Assembly: GCA_003285105.1 (NCBI GenBank)
Contig: CP030158.1
Span: 2,864,664-2,896,663, forward strand
From: Roseithermus sacchariphilus
GTDB taxonomy: Bacteria > Bacteroidota > Rhodothermia > Rhodothermales > MEBIC09517
Length of the DNA stretch: 32,000 nucleotides
Direction of reading: 5' to 3'
The position numbers were made by a program, and so were the translations under genes. Positions 1 to 9,192 of this stretch are shown here, piece by piece. The stretch's first letter is position 1; each line of letters starts with the position of its first letter. The notes under the pieces are model-generated. The model made no database searches. It was not told the origin of the DNA and saw only the letters and a list, made by a program, of their open reading frames with translations.

Positions 1-476
1 ACCGCGACCTCGCCAACGATCTGTTTCAGGAGACCTTCTACCGGGTGCTGGCCGCCATGCAGCGCCAGCGCGGCTCGTACGACCGGCAGGGCCGCTGGCT
101 GGCCTGGGTCATGCGCATCGCCCGCAATACCGCGCTCGATCACCTGCGCAGCCGCAAGAAGTGGCAGGACGTCGAGGCCGGATCGGATGAGGAGGGGACG
201 TCCTTCTGGGAGCGGTTGCCCGACGAGGCCCTCCCCGCCGATGACCGGCTCCACCGGCTCGAACAGCAGGCCTGGCTGGACGAGGCCATCCGCCGCCTGC
301 CGCCCGAGCAGCGGGAGGTGCTGCTGCTGCGCCACGAAACGGACCTGACCTTCCGGGAGATCGCCGAGCTGACGGGCGTCTCCATCAACACCGCGCTGGG
401 GCGGATGCGCTACGCCCTGCTCAACCTCCGCCGCCAGATGTCTACCCCCTCGAACCCACAGAAAGCTGAAGCCTGA
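1..476 (+). CDS. ECF-type RNA polymerase sigma-70 family factor, 5' end cut by window edge
   Basis: The frame is open from nt 3; track ORF 45..476 is only the part after an internal GTG. Region-2-like DLANDLFQETFYRVL and WLAWVMRIARNTALDHLR. Region-4 HTH LPPEQREVLLLRHETDLTFREIAELTGVSINTALGRMRYALLNLRR. Stop TGA at 474-476. Confidence 0.85.
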   Translation, partial: RDLANDLFQETFYRVLAAMQRQRGSYDRQGRWLAWVMRIARNTALDHLRSRKKWQDVEAGSDEEGTSFWERLPDEALPADDRLHRLEQQAWLDEAIRRLPPEQREVLLLRHETDLTFREIAELTGVSINTALGRMRYALLNLRRQMSTPSNPQKAEA

Positions 477-509
477 CGAACCCTCCGCTACGACGATTTT
501 TGCGACGTT

Positions 510-1223
510 ATGGACAAGAAACTGGACATCCTGCGCCATCTCTACGGAGAGGTCGATGACCGCGCCGCCCGCCGCGCGTTGCTGCAGGACGAGGAGGTCG
601 CGCGCGAGTACCAGGCGATGGGGGAGGTGAAGTTCCTCCTGGACCATCGCCCCCGCCGCCGGCCCGACCCGCAGGTCCTGCAGGCGATCCTGGCCGCGGC
701 CGAGACGGGGGCCCCGCCCGTGGCGATGCGCTCGGCCGACCGGGCACCGGTGGCGCGGCGCGCCTCCGCTCGGTGGGGGCTCTTCGGGATGGTGGGGGCG
801 ACGGCCGCCGCAGCCGTGGTCGCGTTGATGATCTGGTGGCCTCCCGGCCCGGCCGGTCCGGAGCCGATGCGGGGGGGCGCGGAGGAACGGGCGTCTGCGG
901 ACGCCGCCGTCGCGACGGCTCCGTCGACGACGCCGCCGTCGGTGGCGGCCGAGGCGGAGGCCGTTTTCGACAGCGCCTTCACCGTTGCGCGGGCCTCGGC
1001 GGCTCCGGCGCAGGAGGCCGCCGTGCAGGCGCAGGACGCCGTCGTGCAATGGGAAGCCGCCGATGAGCTGCTGAAGCTGCATCGTCAGATCGAGACGCTG
1101 GAGCAGTACCGCCTCGGGCTGGCCTGGGACGAACCGTTGCAGCCGCTCGGGCCGTCGGGGCGCGGCGGATCTCTGCCGGGCGTGCCGCAGGGGCTGCGCG
1201 AGGCGAGCCAGCGCCGTCAGTAG
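510..1223 (+). CDS. putative single-pass membrane anti-sigma factor
   Basis: ATG lies 34 nt after the sigma gene stop. One hydrophobic segment (WGLFGMVGATAAAAVVALMIWW) separates a short N-terminal cytoplasmic part from an Ala/Pro-rich C-terminal part. The call rests on position and architecture only; there is no HxxxCxxC zinc motif. Confidence 0.45.
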   Translation: MDKKLDILRHLYGEVDDRAARRALLQDEEVAREYQAMGEVKFLLDHRPRRRPDPQVLQAILAAAETGAPPVAMRSADRAPVARRASARWGLFGMVGATAAAAVVALMIWWPPGPAGPEPMRGGAEERASADAAVATAPSTTPPSVAAEAEAVFDSAFTVARASAAPAQEAAVQAQDAVVQWEAADELLKLHRQIETLEQYRLGLAWDEPLQPLGPSGRGGSLPGVPQGLREASQRRQ

Positions 1224-1277
1224 CGCCGCCTGCCCCGGCCTCGTTTGCATCGACACCATCGTTTTCCTTTCGATACC

Positions 1278-2228
1278 ATGTGGAGCCTGAAGTCATCTCA
1301 CCGCTCGGCGACGACCCTGGCGCTGTGGCTGGCCCTCGTGCTGGCTCTCCCCGCCGCGGCGCAGCCCACGCAAACGCTGCTCATCCGCGACGGCGACGTC
1401 TACATCAACGGCCGCCGGGTAGCGCCCGATGAACTGCCCGAAGGCCTCGATACCTGGGGCGTCGAAGCGCGCTTCAGCTTCACCGGCGACGCCACGCCGG
1501 TCTTCAGCATCGGCCGGGGCCTCTACAAGCTGGTCGACGGCCGGCTGCTTCCCGCCGACGACGCTGCTGCCGACGGCGCCGACCTGGCCCTCGGCGACGA
1601 TCCGGCGGGGGACGCCCCGGGCGTGTCGGTCTTTTTCCGGAACCCGGCCGGAGCCCCGGCGGCCCGGCGGGACCCCCTGGCGGACATGGCCGGGACGCGG
1701 GCGGCAGCGACACCGGACGACGTCTATGCGGTGCGTCTGCAGCAGCGCCTCGGGGAGTTGCAGCAGCAGGCACAGGCCCTGCAACGCCAGAGCGCCCAGG
1801 CCCCCGATCCGCTCCTCGTGCAGGAATTCGACCGGCTGATCCGGCAATTCGAGCAGATGGTGGAGAGCAGCCCGGCCGCCCCGGAACTGCAACAGCGCCG
1901 CTACCTGGATGAAATGCAGCAGCACGATCAGGAACTCTACGGGCGGCTGATGCAGGAGTGGCAGATGGAACGGGAAACCCACCGCCTGGCGGACAGCATC
2001 CGCCGGCTTCCGGACGGCCCGCAACGGGAGGCGCAGATCAGCCAGCTCCGGGATCTGCTCGATCAGATCTTCGAACTCAAACAGGAAAACCGCCGCGCCG
2101 AGATTGCCGCCCTGAAAGCCCGCCTCGCCGAGGCGCAGGAGCGGCTGGAGCAGCGGGAAGCCCTGCGCAGCACGATCATCGACCGCCGGCTGCGCCAACT
2201 CATCGGGGCACCGGAGCAGAAGGAATAG
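1278..2228 (+). CDS. hypothetical secreted protein with Gln/Glu/Arg-rich coiled-coil C-terminal half
   Basis: Start placed at ATG 1278, giving signal-peptide-like MWSLKSSHRSATTLALWLALVLALPAAAQ; the track ORF begins at an upstream TTG at 1245. High third-position G+C. No recognised catalytic motif. Confidence 0.55.
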   Translation: MWSLKSSHRSATTLALWLALVLALPAAAQPTQTLLIRDGDVYINGRRVAPDELPEGLDTWGVEARFSFTGDATPVFSIGRGLYKLVDGRLLPADDAAADGADLALGDDPAGDAPGVSVFFRNPAGAPAARRDPLADMAGTRAAATPDDVYAVRLQQRLGELQQQAQALQRQSAQAPDPLLVQEFDRLIRQFEQMVESSPAAPELQQRRYLDEMQQHDQELYGRLMQEWQMERETHRLADSIRRLPDGPQREAQISQLRDLLDQIFELKQENRRAEIAALKARLAEAQERLEQREALRSTIIDRRLRQLIGAPEQKE

Positions 2229-2478
2229 CCCGCGTGACGGGGATGACTGGTCCTTCCTAAAGCTTTTCTTTAAATTGACCCCGCCTCGCGCCAGGCGGGG
2301 TCCATGCGTTCGGCCCCCCCGAGCCGGTGACATGGGGCGTGGAAAGGGCGCGACCCCGGCATGGCCCCGAGAGCGGCATGAAATTCGTTGGTCGTTAGCC
2401 GCATCGGTTCTGCTCCCCGGAGACGCCGGCATGGCGTCGATCGGTACGTCTTCCCCTCCTGACCTTCGTTTCCCTGTC

Positions 2479-3735
2479 ATGCATCAGGCTTCATCCAGGT
2501 GGATTCGGCGGGCCGTGGCCCTGCTCGTGGTGGTGGCGGGCCTGCCGGGGACGGTTTCGAGCCGGCCCGCCGCACCGCACCTCGACCGGGTGTCCTTCGC
2601 GCCGCGTCAGGATGGCCTCGGCCATGTGGTTCGGCTGCACGTGTCGGGACCCATCAATGCCTACAGCGCGCCCGACGCGAACGGAGAGGTCGTCGAGATG
2701 GTGTTGTTCAACACCCGGCTGGGATCCGGGTGTCGGTTCGATCCGGCGCAGGGGCCGATTGCGTCGTACGAGGCCATGGAGCGCGGTAGCCACGTCTATC
2801 TCCGCTTCCGGCTCGATCCGGCCATCCCGGTGCGAGTGGAGGCCTACCGGGATCGCGGGACGGCGGATCTGCTCGTCACGTTCACCCGGCACGACGCCCC
2901 GGCGCCGCCCGTCGCCCGGCACGACCCGCCGCGGCACGATCCGCCGGTGGTGCCGGTGCGTACCGCCGCCGCGCCGTCCCGCGCCGCCACGCCCGGCGAT
3001 GCCATGCGCTCGGCGCAGACGCGATGGACGCTGGACACGGTCGTGATCGATGCCGGACACGGCGGGCATGATCCCGGCACGATCGGGGTGGGCGGCGTCC
3101 GGGAAAAGGACGTGGTGCTCGCCGTGGCCCGCAAGCTGGGGCATTACCTGGAAGAACTGCTGGGCCTGCGCGTGGTCTACACCCGCTCGGACGACCGGTT
3201 CATCGACCTGAAGGATCGCGGGCGGATGGCCAACGAGGCCGGCGGGAAGCTGTTCATCTCGATCCATGCCAACGCGGCGCGCAGCCGCTCGGCCCGGGGG
3301 GCCGAGGTGTTCTTCCTCGGGATGCACAAGACGGACGCGGCACGCAAGGTCATGGAACGCGAAAACAGCGTCATCCAGTACGAAAGCAACCCCGATCATT
3401 ACGCCAGCCTGGACCGGCAGAGCCTGGTGCTGCAAACGCTGGCGCAGAGCGCCTACATGCGCAAGAGCGAGGAACTGGCGGACCTCATCATGACCCAGTT
3501 CGCCGAGCGCGTGCATCGGGAGACGCGCGGCGTCAAGCAGGCCGGTTTTTACGTGCTCTTCGGGGCCTCGATGCCGGCGGTGCTGGTCGAACTCGGCTTC
3601 CTCAGCAACCCGGAGGAGGCGGCGTTTCTCCGCAGCGAGGAAGGGCAAACGTACATGGCCAGTGCTATCTTCCGGGCGGTGCGCGACTTCAAAGAGAAGT
3701 ACGACCGCGACCTGCACCTCGCCAACCAGGACTGA
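2479..3735 (+). CDS. N-acetylmuramoyl-L-alanine amidase (Amidase_3 family) with N-terminal AMIN-like domain
   Basis: Amidase_3 signatures VVIDAGHGGHDPGTIG, LFISIHANA, GVKQAGFYVL and PAVLVELGFLSNPEE. Start chosen at ATG 2479 (MHQASSRWIRRAVALLVVVAG, signal-like). ATG 2431 or the track start at 2275 remain possible. Confidence 0.85.
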   Translation: MHQASSRWIRRAVALLVVVAGLPGTVSSRPAAPHLDRVSFAPRQDGLGHVVRLHVSGPINAYSAPDANGEVVEMVLFNTRLGSGCRFDPAQGPIASYEAMERGSHVYLRFRLDPAIPVRVEAYRDRGTADLLVTFTRHDAPAPPVARHDPPRHDPPVVPVRTAAAPSRAATPGDAMRSAQTRWTLDTVVIDAGHGGHDPGTIGVGGVREKDVVLAVARKLGHYLEELLGLRVVYTRSDDRFIDLKDRGRMANEAGGKLFISIHANAARSRSARGAEVFFLGMHKTDAARKVMERENSVIQYESNPDHYASLDRQSLVLQTLAQSAYMRKSEELADLIMTQFAERVHRETRGVKQAGFYVLFGASMPAVLVELGFLSNPEEAAFLRSEEGQTYMASAIFRAVRDFKEKYDRDLHLANQD

Positions 3736-3759
3736 CCCGCCGCTTCCGGCCCCGGCTTC

Positions 3760-4287
3760 ATGAGCACCACCCACGAACTGGCCCAGGCCATTCGGACCGT
3801 GCCGGACTTCCCGCGTCCGGGCATCCAGTTCAAGGACATCACGCCGTTGCTGAGCGATCGGGACCTGATGGCAAAGGCCGTCAGGGCGCTGGCCGAGCCG
3901 TACCGGGATCACGGGGTGACGAAGGTGCTGGGCATCGAGGCGCGGGGGTTTCTGCTGGGGCCGATGCTGGCTCATCACCTGGGCGCCGGGTTCGTCCCCG
4001 TGCGCAAGCGCGGCAAGTTGCCCTATCATACCTACGCCGAGGAGTACACGCTGGAGTACGGCGTCGATGCCGTCGAAATACACCGGGATGCCCTGCGTGA
4101 AGGGGACCGGGTCCTGATCCACGACGATGTCATCGCCACCGGCGGCACGGCGTCGGCCGCGGGCCGGCTGGCCCGCAAGAGCGGCGGGGTCGTGCTCGGC
4201 TTTTCGTTTCTGATCGAACTGGGCTTCCTCGAAGGGCGGGGCCGGCTCGAACCGGACGTGCCCGTCCACGCCGTCCTGCGTTATTGA
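3760..4287 (+). CDS. apt: adenine phosphoribosyltransferase
   Basis: IRTVPDFPRPGIQFKDITPLL N-terminal signature and PRPP-binding loop VLIHDDVIATGGTA. The 175-aa length is typical for Apt. Confidence 0.93.
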   Translation: MSTTHELAQAIRTVPDFPRPGIQFKDITPLLSDRDLMAKAVRALAEPYRDHGVTKVLGIEARGFLLGPMLAHHLGAGFVPVRKRGKLPYHTYAEEYTLEYGVDAVEIHRDALREGDRVLIHDDVIATGGTASAAGRLARKSGGVVLGFSFLIELGFLEGRGRLEPDVPVHAVLRY

Positions 4288-4313
4288 CCTTCCTTCATCA
4301 CCCGCTTTGATTC

Positions 4314-4892
4314 ATGGCTATGACGATGCGCTGGTTTCGCCGGGGAGCCGTTGCCACCGCCCTTGCGCTGGGGCTGGTCCTGGCCGGTTGTGACACCGTG
4401 GACCCCGGCAGCGAGACGGTGGTGCTTTTCGTGAACGTGGAAGATCAACTCGGCGAGGACCTGCGCTTCTCCTTCGAGGCGGACAACGCGCAGGTGGGGC
4501 AGCCTCTCACCGTGGCCGCCGCGCAGCGGATCGACCTGGGGCCGTTTCTGGACCAGCAGGGCTTCAGCAAGGCCGAGGTGATCGCGGCCACGGTCGAGTC
4601 CGCCACGGTGGGCGTTCGCTTCCCGATCCAGGCCCGGGCCAACTTCATGCAGCAGGCGGCGCTCCAGGTGACGGCGACCGGGCTGTCCGCCACGACCGTG
4701 GCGGCGCAGTCGTCGTTCCCCGATAGCCGGGAGGCGGCCCTGACGGTGCAGTCCTCCCGGAGCATCACCGGCTTCGTCACCCGATCCGACTTTGGCGTGC
4801 AGCTGGTGCTGACGCCGGCGACGTTGTTGCCCGGTGAAGACTACGAGCTGACGGCGACGCTGCGCATCCGCATCGAGGTGGAGGGGGTGTAG
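4314..4892 (+). CDS. hypothetical lipoprotein
   Basis: N-terminus MAMTMRWFRRGAVATALALGLVLAGCD carries a lipobox (LAGC). High GC3. No recognised domain. Confidence 0.6.
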   Translation: MAMTMRWFRRGAVATALALGLVLAGCDTVDPGSETVVLFVNVEDQLGEDLRFSFEADNAQVGQPLTVAAAQRIDLGPFLDQQGFSKAEVIAATVESATVGVRFPIQARANFMQQAALQVTATGLSATTVAAQSSFPDSREAALTVQSSRSITGFVTRSDFGVQLVLTPATLLPGEDYELTATLRIRIEVEGV

Positions 4893-4920
4893 CGTGGTCG
4901 GACACACCCCGGTGCGGCGA

Positions 4921-5325
4921 TCAGCGCACGGCGATGCAGGAGATCTCTACCCGCACCCCGCGCGGCAGGGCGCTGACCTCGACGGCCTCGCGGGAGGGCG
5001 GACGCTCGTTGAAGTAGCGAGCATAGACCTCGTTCACCTGCCCGTAGTCGTTGATGTCGGCCAGGTAGACGGTGCAGCGCACGACGTGCGAGTAGTCCAT
5101 GCCCGCCGCTCGCAGCACGGCGCCCAGGTTCTCCAGCACACGCTCGGTCTGTGCTTCGATGTTGCCGGAGACGATGCTCCCGCTTTCGGGGTCGATGGGG
5201 ATCTGCCCGGAACAGTAGAGCGTGTCCCTGACCAGGATGGCCTGGCTGTAGGGCCCGATGGCGGCCGGGGCCAGCGGGGTTTTGATGACGGTTCTGTCCG
5301 AGGGGGGATCGTTGCGGCGGCTCAT
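4921..5325 (-). CDS. ridA: RidA/YjgF/UK114 family reactive-intermediate deaminase
   Basis: APAAIGPYSQAI, CSGQIPIDPESG, NIEAQTERVLENLGAVLRAAG and a C-terminal PRGVRVEISCIA pattern. Start set at ATG 5325 (MSRRNDPP...); the track extension to 5391 adds an implausible leader. Confidence 0.88.
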   Translation of the reverse strand: MSRRNDPPSDRTVIKTPLAPAAIGPYSQAILVRDTLYCSGQIPIDPESGSIVSGNIEAQTERVLENLGAVLRAAGMDYSHVVRCTVYLADINDYGQVNEVYARYFNERPPSREAVEVSALPRGVRVEISCIAVR

Positions 5326-5445
5326 GGAAGACGGCGGACCGATGGTGGGTGATCGGGCATTAACTTGACGCGGCCTTTCGCACAAGCACAAGCGAAGATT
5401 GCCGTAAGATTCCCCTTACATCCCTCACACATTCATTCTACGCTC

Positions 5446-6258
5446 ATGGATCTGGGATTGACGGATCGGGTGGCCTTCGTGGCCGGGGCCAGCAGCGGCC
5501 TCGGGTATGCCGCGGCGGCGGCGCTGGCGCGGGAGGGGTGCCGGGTGGCGCTCTGCTCGCGCGATGCGGATCGCATCGAAGCGGCCGCCGACCGCCTGGC
5601 CGCGGCACTCGACCTCGAGGACGGGCGCGTGCTGCCGCTGGTGTGCGACGTCCGGGACGAGGCCGCCATCGAGCGGGCCATCGGGGAAGCCGCGCGCCGG
5701 TTCGGGGCTCTGCACATCCTCGTCACGAACGCAGGGGGGCCGCCGTCGGGCTTCATCGGCGATTTCGACGCGCAGCAATGGCGCGAGGCGCTCGAACTGA
5801 ACCTCATGAGCACCATCAACCTGTGCCGGCACGCCCTGCCGCATCTGCGGGCGGCGGCCCGGTCCGCCGGCCACGCGCGGGTGCTGATGGTGACGAGCGT
5901 ATCGGCCAAGCAGCCGATCCCGAGCCTCTACCTGTCCAACACGGCCCGGGCCGGGGTGCAGGGGTTTGCAAAGAGCCTGGCCGAGGAGCTGGGGCTGGAG
6001 GGCATCACCGTCAATACCATCCTGCCCGGCTACACCCGCACGGAGCGGCTGAAGGACCTGGCGCGGGCCATGCAGGAGCGAACGGGGCAGTCCGTCGAGG
6101 CCATCGAAGCCGGCTGGGCGGCCGGCAATGCGCTCAAGCGCATCGGGGACCCGCAGGAGTTTGCCGATGCCGTGGCGTTCCTGGCCAGCGCGCGGGCCTC
6201 CTACATCACCGGCGTGGCCCTGCCCGTGGACGGCGGGGCCGTGAAGCACCTGCTGTAA
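5446..6258 (+). CDS. short-chain dehydrogenase/reductase (SDR) family oxidoreductase
   Basis: Rossmann motif VAFVAGASSGLGYAAA, NAGG motif (LVTNAGGPP) and C-terminal YITGVALPVDGG. Start at ATG 5446 (MDLGLTDR...). Confidence 0.8.
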   Translation: MDLGLTDRVAFVAGASSGLGYAAAAALAREGCRVALCSRDADRIEAAADRLAAALDLEDGRVLPLVCDVRDEAAIERAIGEAARRFGALHILVTNAGGPPSGFIGDFDAQQWREALELNLMSTINLCRHALPHLRAAARSAGHARVLMVTSVSAKQPIPSLYLSNTARAGVQGFAKSLAEELGLEGITVNTILPGYTRTERLKDLARAMQERTGQSVEAIEAGWAAGNALKRIGDPQEFADAVAFLASARASYITGVALPVDGGAVKHLL

Positions 6259-6286
6259 CGCCCGGGAGCGTGCGGGTGCGGAGGCA

Positions 6287-6814
6287 TCAGCGATCAGGCA
6301 GGCGTGCCCGTCGGCTTTCGTCGAGGAGCCGCCCCCACAGCCGGTTGTAGGGATGCACCTCGCGCACGGGCGCACCGTCGCGGTAGACCGGCCGGCCCTC
6401 GTTGGCCCACCGGAACAGGGAGCCTTCGAGGTTGACGGCGCGGGTGTAGCCGGCCTCGCGGAGCCGCTGGACGACCGCCGCCGAGCGGTAGCCGACGGAG
6501 CAGTAGGCCACGATGGGCGTGTCCCGCGGCAGGCTGTCGAGCTGCGCCACGGAGAACGAATCCGGCGCGACGCGGAGGGCCCCGCGCAGGTGGCTCACGG
6601 CGTACTCGTCCGGCTCGCGGACGTCCAGGAGGACCGGCGGGGTGGCGGTGGAGTCTGCCAGCCAGGCCGCCAGCGAATCCGTCGAGAGCTGCGGCACGGT
6701 GGGGTAGTCCCGCCGGATGCTCTCGAGCACGGTGGACCAGGCCAGGTCTTGCGAGCAGCCGGTGCCGGTGGTCACGAGGGGAAGCAGGAGGAGGCTGACG
6801 AGGTGCGTGCGCAT
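6287..6814 (-). CDS. rhodanese-like sulfurtransferase domain protein, probably a lipoprotein
   Basis: Signal/lipobox LLLLPLVTTGTGCSQ. Rhodanese-like core LLDVREPDEY..HLRGA and an active-site loop with Cys (AYCSVGYRS). Confidence 0.75.
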   Translation of the reverse strand: MRTHLVSLLLLPLVTTGTGCSQDLAWSTVLESIRRDYPTVPQLSTDSLAAWLADSTATPPVLLDVREPDEYAVSHLRGALRVAPDSFSVAQLDSLPRDTPIVAYCSVGYRSAAVVQRLREAGYTRAVNLEGSLFRWANEGRPVYRDGAPVREVHPYNRLWGRLLDESRRARLPDR

Positions 6815-6816
6815 GA

Positions 6817-6858
6817 GACCGAAGGGGTGAGCCGGAAGACCGAAGGGGTGAGCCGGAG
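6817..6858. repeat. 21-bp tandem duplication (2 copies, 20/21 identical)
   Basis: GACCGAAGGGGTGAGCCGGAA (6817-6837) is followed directly by GACCGAAGGGGTGAGCCGGAG (6838-6858). It lies in the divergent rhodanese/mnmA intergenic region, 3 nt from the rhodanese start codon. Confidence 0.9.
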
Positions 6859-6932
6859 CGGATGCCTTCGGAACGCCCGCTAGCGGCTTCCGTTCAACGC
6901 AGCGCTTCGAACTTCAGCCGGATGGTACGAAT

Positions 6933-8108
6933 ATGAGCAGGCAGGGGCGCGTCCTGGTAGCGATGAGCGGGGGGGTGGACTCCTCCGTGACGGCCGTGTT
7001 GCTGCGCGAGCAGGGCTACGAGGTCGTCGGCATCACGATGAAGACGTGGGATTACACGTCGAGCGGCGGGCGGAGCAGCGGCAAGGAGGTCGGATGCTGC
7101 TCCCTGGAGTCCATGAACGACGCCCGTGCCGTCGCCATGCGGTACGACTTCACCCACTTCATCGTGGACATCCGCGAGGAGTTCGGGGACTGGGTGATCG
7201 ACCGCTTCACGGAGGAGTACCTGGCCGGTCGCACGCCGAACCCCTGTGTGCTCTGCAACACGCACATCAAGTGGGCCGCGCTGCTGCGCCGGGCCGACGA
7301 CCTGGGGTGCGACTACATCGCCACCGGCCACTACGCGCGCGTGCGGCACGATGAGGCCCTGGGCCGGTACGTGCTCAGCAAGGGGCTCGACCGGAACAAG
7401 GACCAGAGCTACGCGCTCTGGGGCCTGCCGCAGCACCACCTCGCCCGCTCGATCTTTCCCCTCGGCGAGTTCACCAAGCCCGCCATCCGCCAGATGGCCG
7501 CCGACTTCGGCCTGCTGCGGGTGGCCAACAAGCCGGATTCCTACGAGATCTGCTTCGTCCCGGACAACGACTACCGGCGCTTTCTGCGCGACCGCGTACC
7601 GGGGTTGCAGGCGCGTGTGGAGGGTGGGCCGTTCGTGCTCCGGGACGGCACGGTCGTGGGCCGGCATCGGGGCTACCCGTTCTACACCATCGGCCAGCGT
7701 CACGGGCTCGGGCTGGCGCTCGGCTACCCGGTCTACGTCACCCACATCGACGCCCGGACGAACACCATCACCGTGGGTCCGCGGGAGGAACTGCTGCGGC
7801 AGACCCTGACGGCGCGGCAGATCAACCTCGTCAAGTACCCCGACCTGCGCGAGGAGCGGCCGGTGGTGGCGAAGATCCGCTACAAGGACGAGGGCGGGGC
7901 GGCGCTGGCCTGGCAGAGCGGGGACGATGAGCTGCAGGTGGCCTTTGCCACCCCGCGCCGTGCAATCACGCCCGGGCAGAGCGTTGTGCTGTACGAAGGG
8001 GACGACGTGCTCGGCGGAGCCTGGATCCACGCCGTCGAGGCGCCGCATCCGGCGACGGCCCCCGCACGCCCGGCGGCAGACGGCCGGGAGGCCGGCGTGT
8101 CGGGCTAG
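6933..8108 (+). CDS. mnmA: tRNA 2-thiouridine(34) synthase MnmA
   Basis: PP-loop VLVAMSGGVDSSV, catalytic-Cys context NPCVLCN, ATGHYAR, DQSYAL and the C-terminal ITPGQSVVLYEGD pattern. Confidence 0.93.
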   Translation: MSRQGRVLVAMSGGVDSSVTAVLLREQGYEVVGITMKTWDYTSSGGRSSGKEVGCCSLESMNDARAVAMRYDFTHFIVDIREEFGDWVIDRFTEEYLAGRTPNPCVLCNTHIKWAALLRRADDLGCDYIATGHYARVRHDEALGRYVLSKGLDRNKDQSYALWGLPQHHLARSIFPLGEFTKPAIRQMAADFGLLRVANKPDSYEICFVPDNDYRRFLRDRVPGLQARVEGGPFVLRDGTVVGRHRGYPFYTIGQRHGLGLALGYPVYVTHIDARTNTITVGPREELLRQTLTARQINLVKYPDLREERPVVAKIRYKDEGGAALAWQSGDDELQVAFATPRRAITPGQSVVLYEGDDVLGGAWIHAVEAPHPATAPARPAADGREAGVSG

Positions 8109-9130
8109 GAAGCCGGGGTTTCGTCGGCCGCCGGGACGCGTTCGATCTCGCAGAGCGCCGTCAGGCGGGAGGTGGTGCGCGCGAACTTCTCGGCGATGCC
8201 GCGTTCCAGGAGGCCGTGCGTCTCACCGGCACGCAGCCACGCCTCGGGCGGGGTGGCGGCCGAGAAGAAGAGCCGCGGCGGATGGGGGTGCAGGTAGAGG
8301 TCGTCGATGATGCGCAGCAGCCTCAGGGCCGTGTCCGTTCCGTCGATGGCGATGTCGGCCAGGTAGAGGCTGTCGCAATCGGCGAGGCGGTGCAGGAGGC
8401 GCGTGTGCTCGGTGTGGGTCGCGGCCTCCATCAGTTCGTCGAACGAAAGCCAGCATGCCCGGCCGGGGTCGTTCTCGAAGGCCTCCCGCAGGCGGGCGCG
8501 GGCCTCCTCCGGGGGACCGATCCACGCCCGGCCGGGTTTGCCGAGGCGCTGCCGGTAGTCCTCGCCACGGACGACGATGACCTCGTAGCGGGCGCGGAAC
8601 TCCTCGGTCAGGAAGCGGCGAAAGCGGTCGTTGCCGAGCGAGACGGAAAGGAATTTCTCGGGCTCGACGTTGCTGGTGGCCAGGAGCGTGACGCCGAGGC
8701 GTTCGAGGGTTTTCAGGATCAGCACCAGCCGGGCCTCATTGGCCGGGTCGTCGAGTTCGACCTCGTCGAGGCAGAGGACGCGGTAGCGGTCGGCCAGGCG
8801 GGCGGCCAGCGTTTCGGGGTGGTCGGGGAGCCGGAAGAGCCGGCTGGAGTGCAGGAAGGCGCAGGGGAGGGTCGGGTGCAGCGCGTGGTACATGGCTGCC
8901 AGCAGGTGGGTCTTGCCGGTGCCGACGGGGCCGACCAGGTACAGGCCGTGCCGCGGAGGTGATTCGGGAGCACGCCCGAGCCAGGCGGCCAGCCGATCCC
9001 GGAAGCCGGGGGGATGCAGGAGCCGCCGGGTGAAGGCCTCGGCAGCCCGCAGCGCCTGTTGCTGGCTGGGGGTTTCCGGGTGAAACGAGGCGAACGTCGC
9101 GCTCGCAAAGCGGGCGGGCGGCGTGTACAT
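8105..9130 (-). CDS. AFG1/ZapE-like P-loop ATPase
   Basis: Walker A LVGPVGTGKTHLL. Walker B plus family-typical tail VLCLDEVELDDPANEARLVLILKTLERLGVTLLATSNVEPEKF. Start taken at ATG 9130; the track start at 9175 is a TTG. Confidence 0.7.
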   Translation of the reverse strand: MYTPPARFASATFASFHPETPSQQQALRAAEAFTRRLLHPPGFRDRLAAWLGRAPESPPRHGLYLVGPVGTGKTHLLAAMYHALHPTLPCAFLHSSRLFRLPDHPETLAARLADRYRVLCLDEVELDDPANEARLVLILKTLERLGVTLLATSNVEPEKFLSVSLGNDRFRRFLTEEFRARYEVIVVRGEDYRQRLGKPGRAWIGPPEEARARLREAFENDPGRACWLSFDELMEAATHTEHTRLLHRLADCDSLYLADIAIDGTDTALRLLRIIDDLYLHPHPPRLFFSAATPPEAWLRAGETHGLLERGIAEKFARTTSRLTALCEIERVPAADETPAS

Positions 9131-9192
9131 CGAGGACAGAAGGAGCGGGACCGGATGAACGGAGCGGAGCGTCAATGCGCGGGCCTCGTTCA

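Noticed and set aside
2279-2300. The hairpin CCCCGCCT-CGCGCC-AGGCGGGG after the coiled-coil protein gene, considered as a terminator.
   Set aside because: The 8-bp stem is clear, but no U-tract follows on the coding strand and the hairpin lies 50 nt past the stop. It is too weak to list as a feature.
5446-6258. The SDR appears to lack a textbook YxxxK catalytic motif; the region reads SLYLSNTARAGVQGF.
   Set aside because: I cannot align it reliably by eye, and a one-residue shift or an atypical SDR subfamily could explain it. It is not solid enough to report as a finding without a profile alignment.
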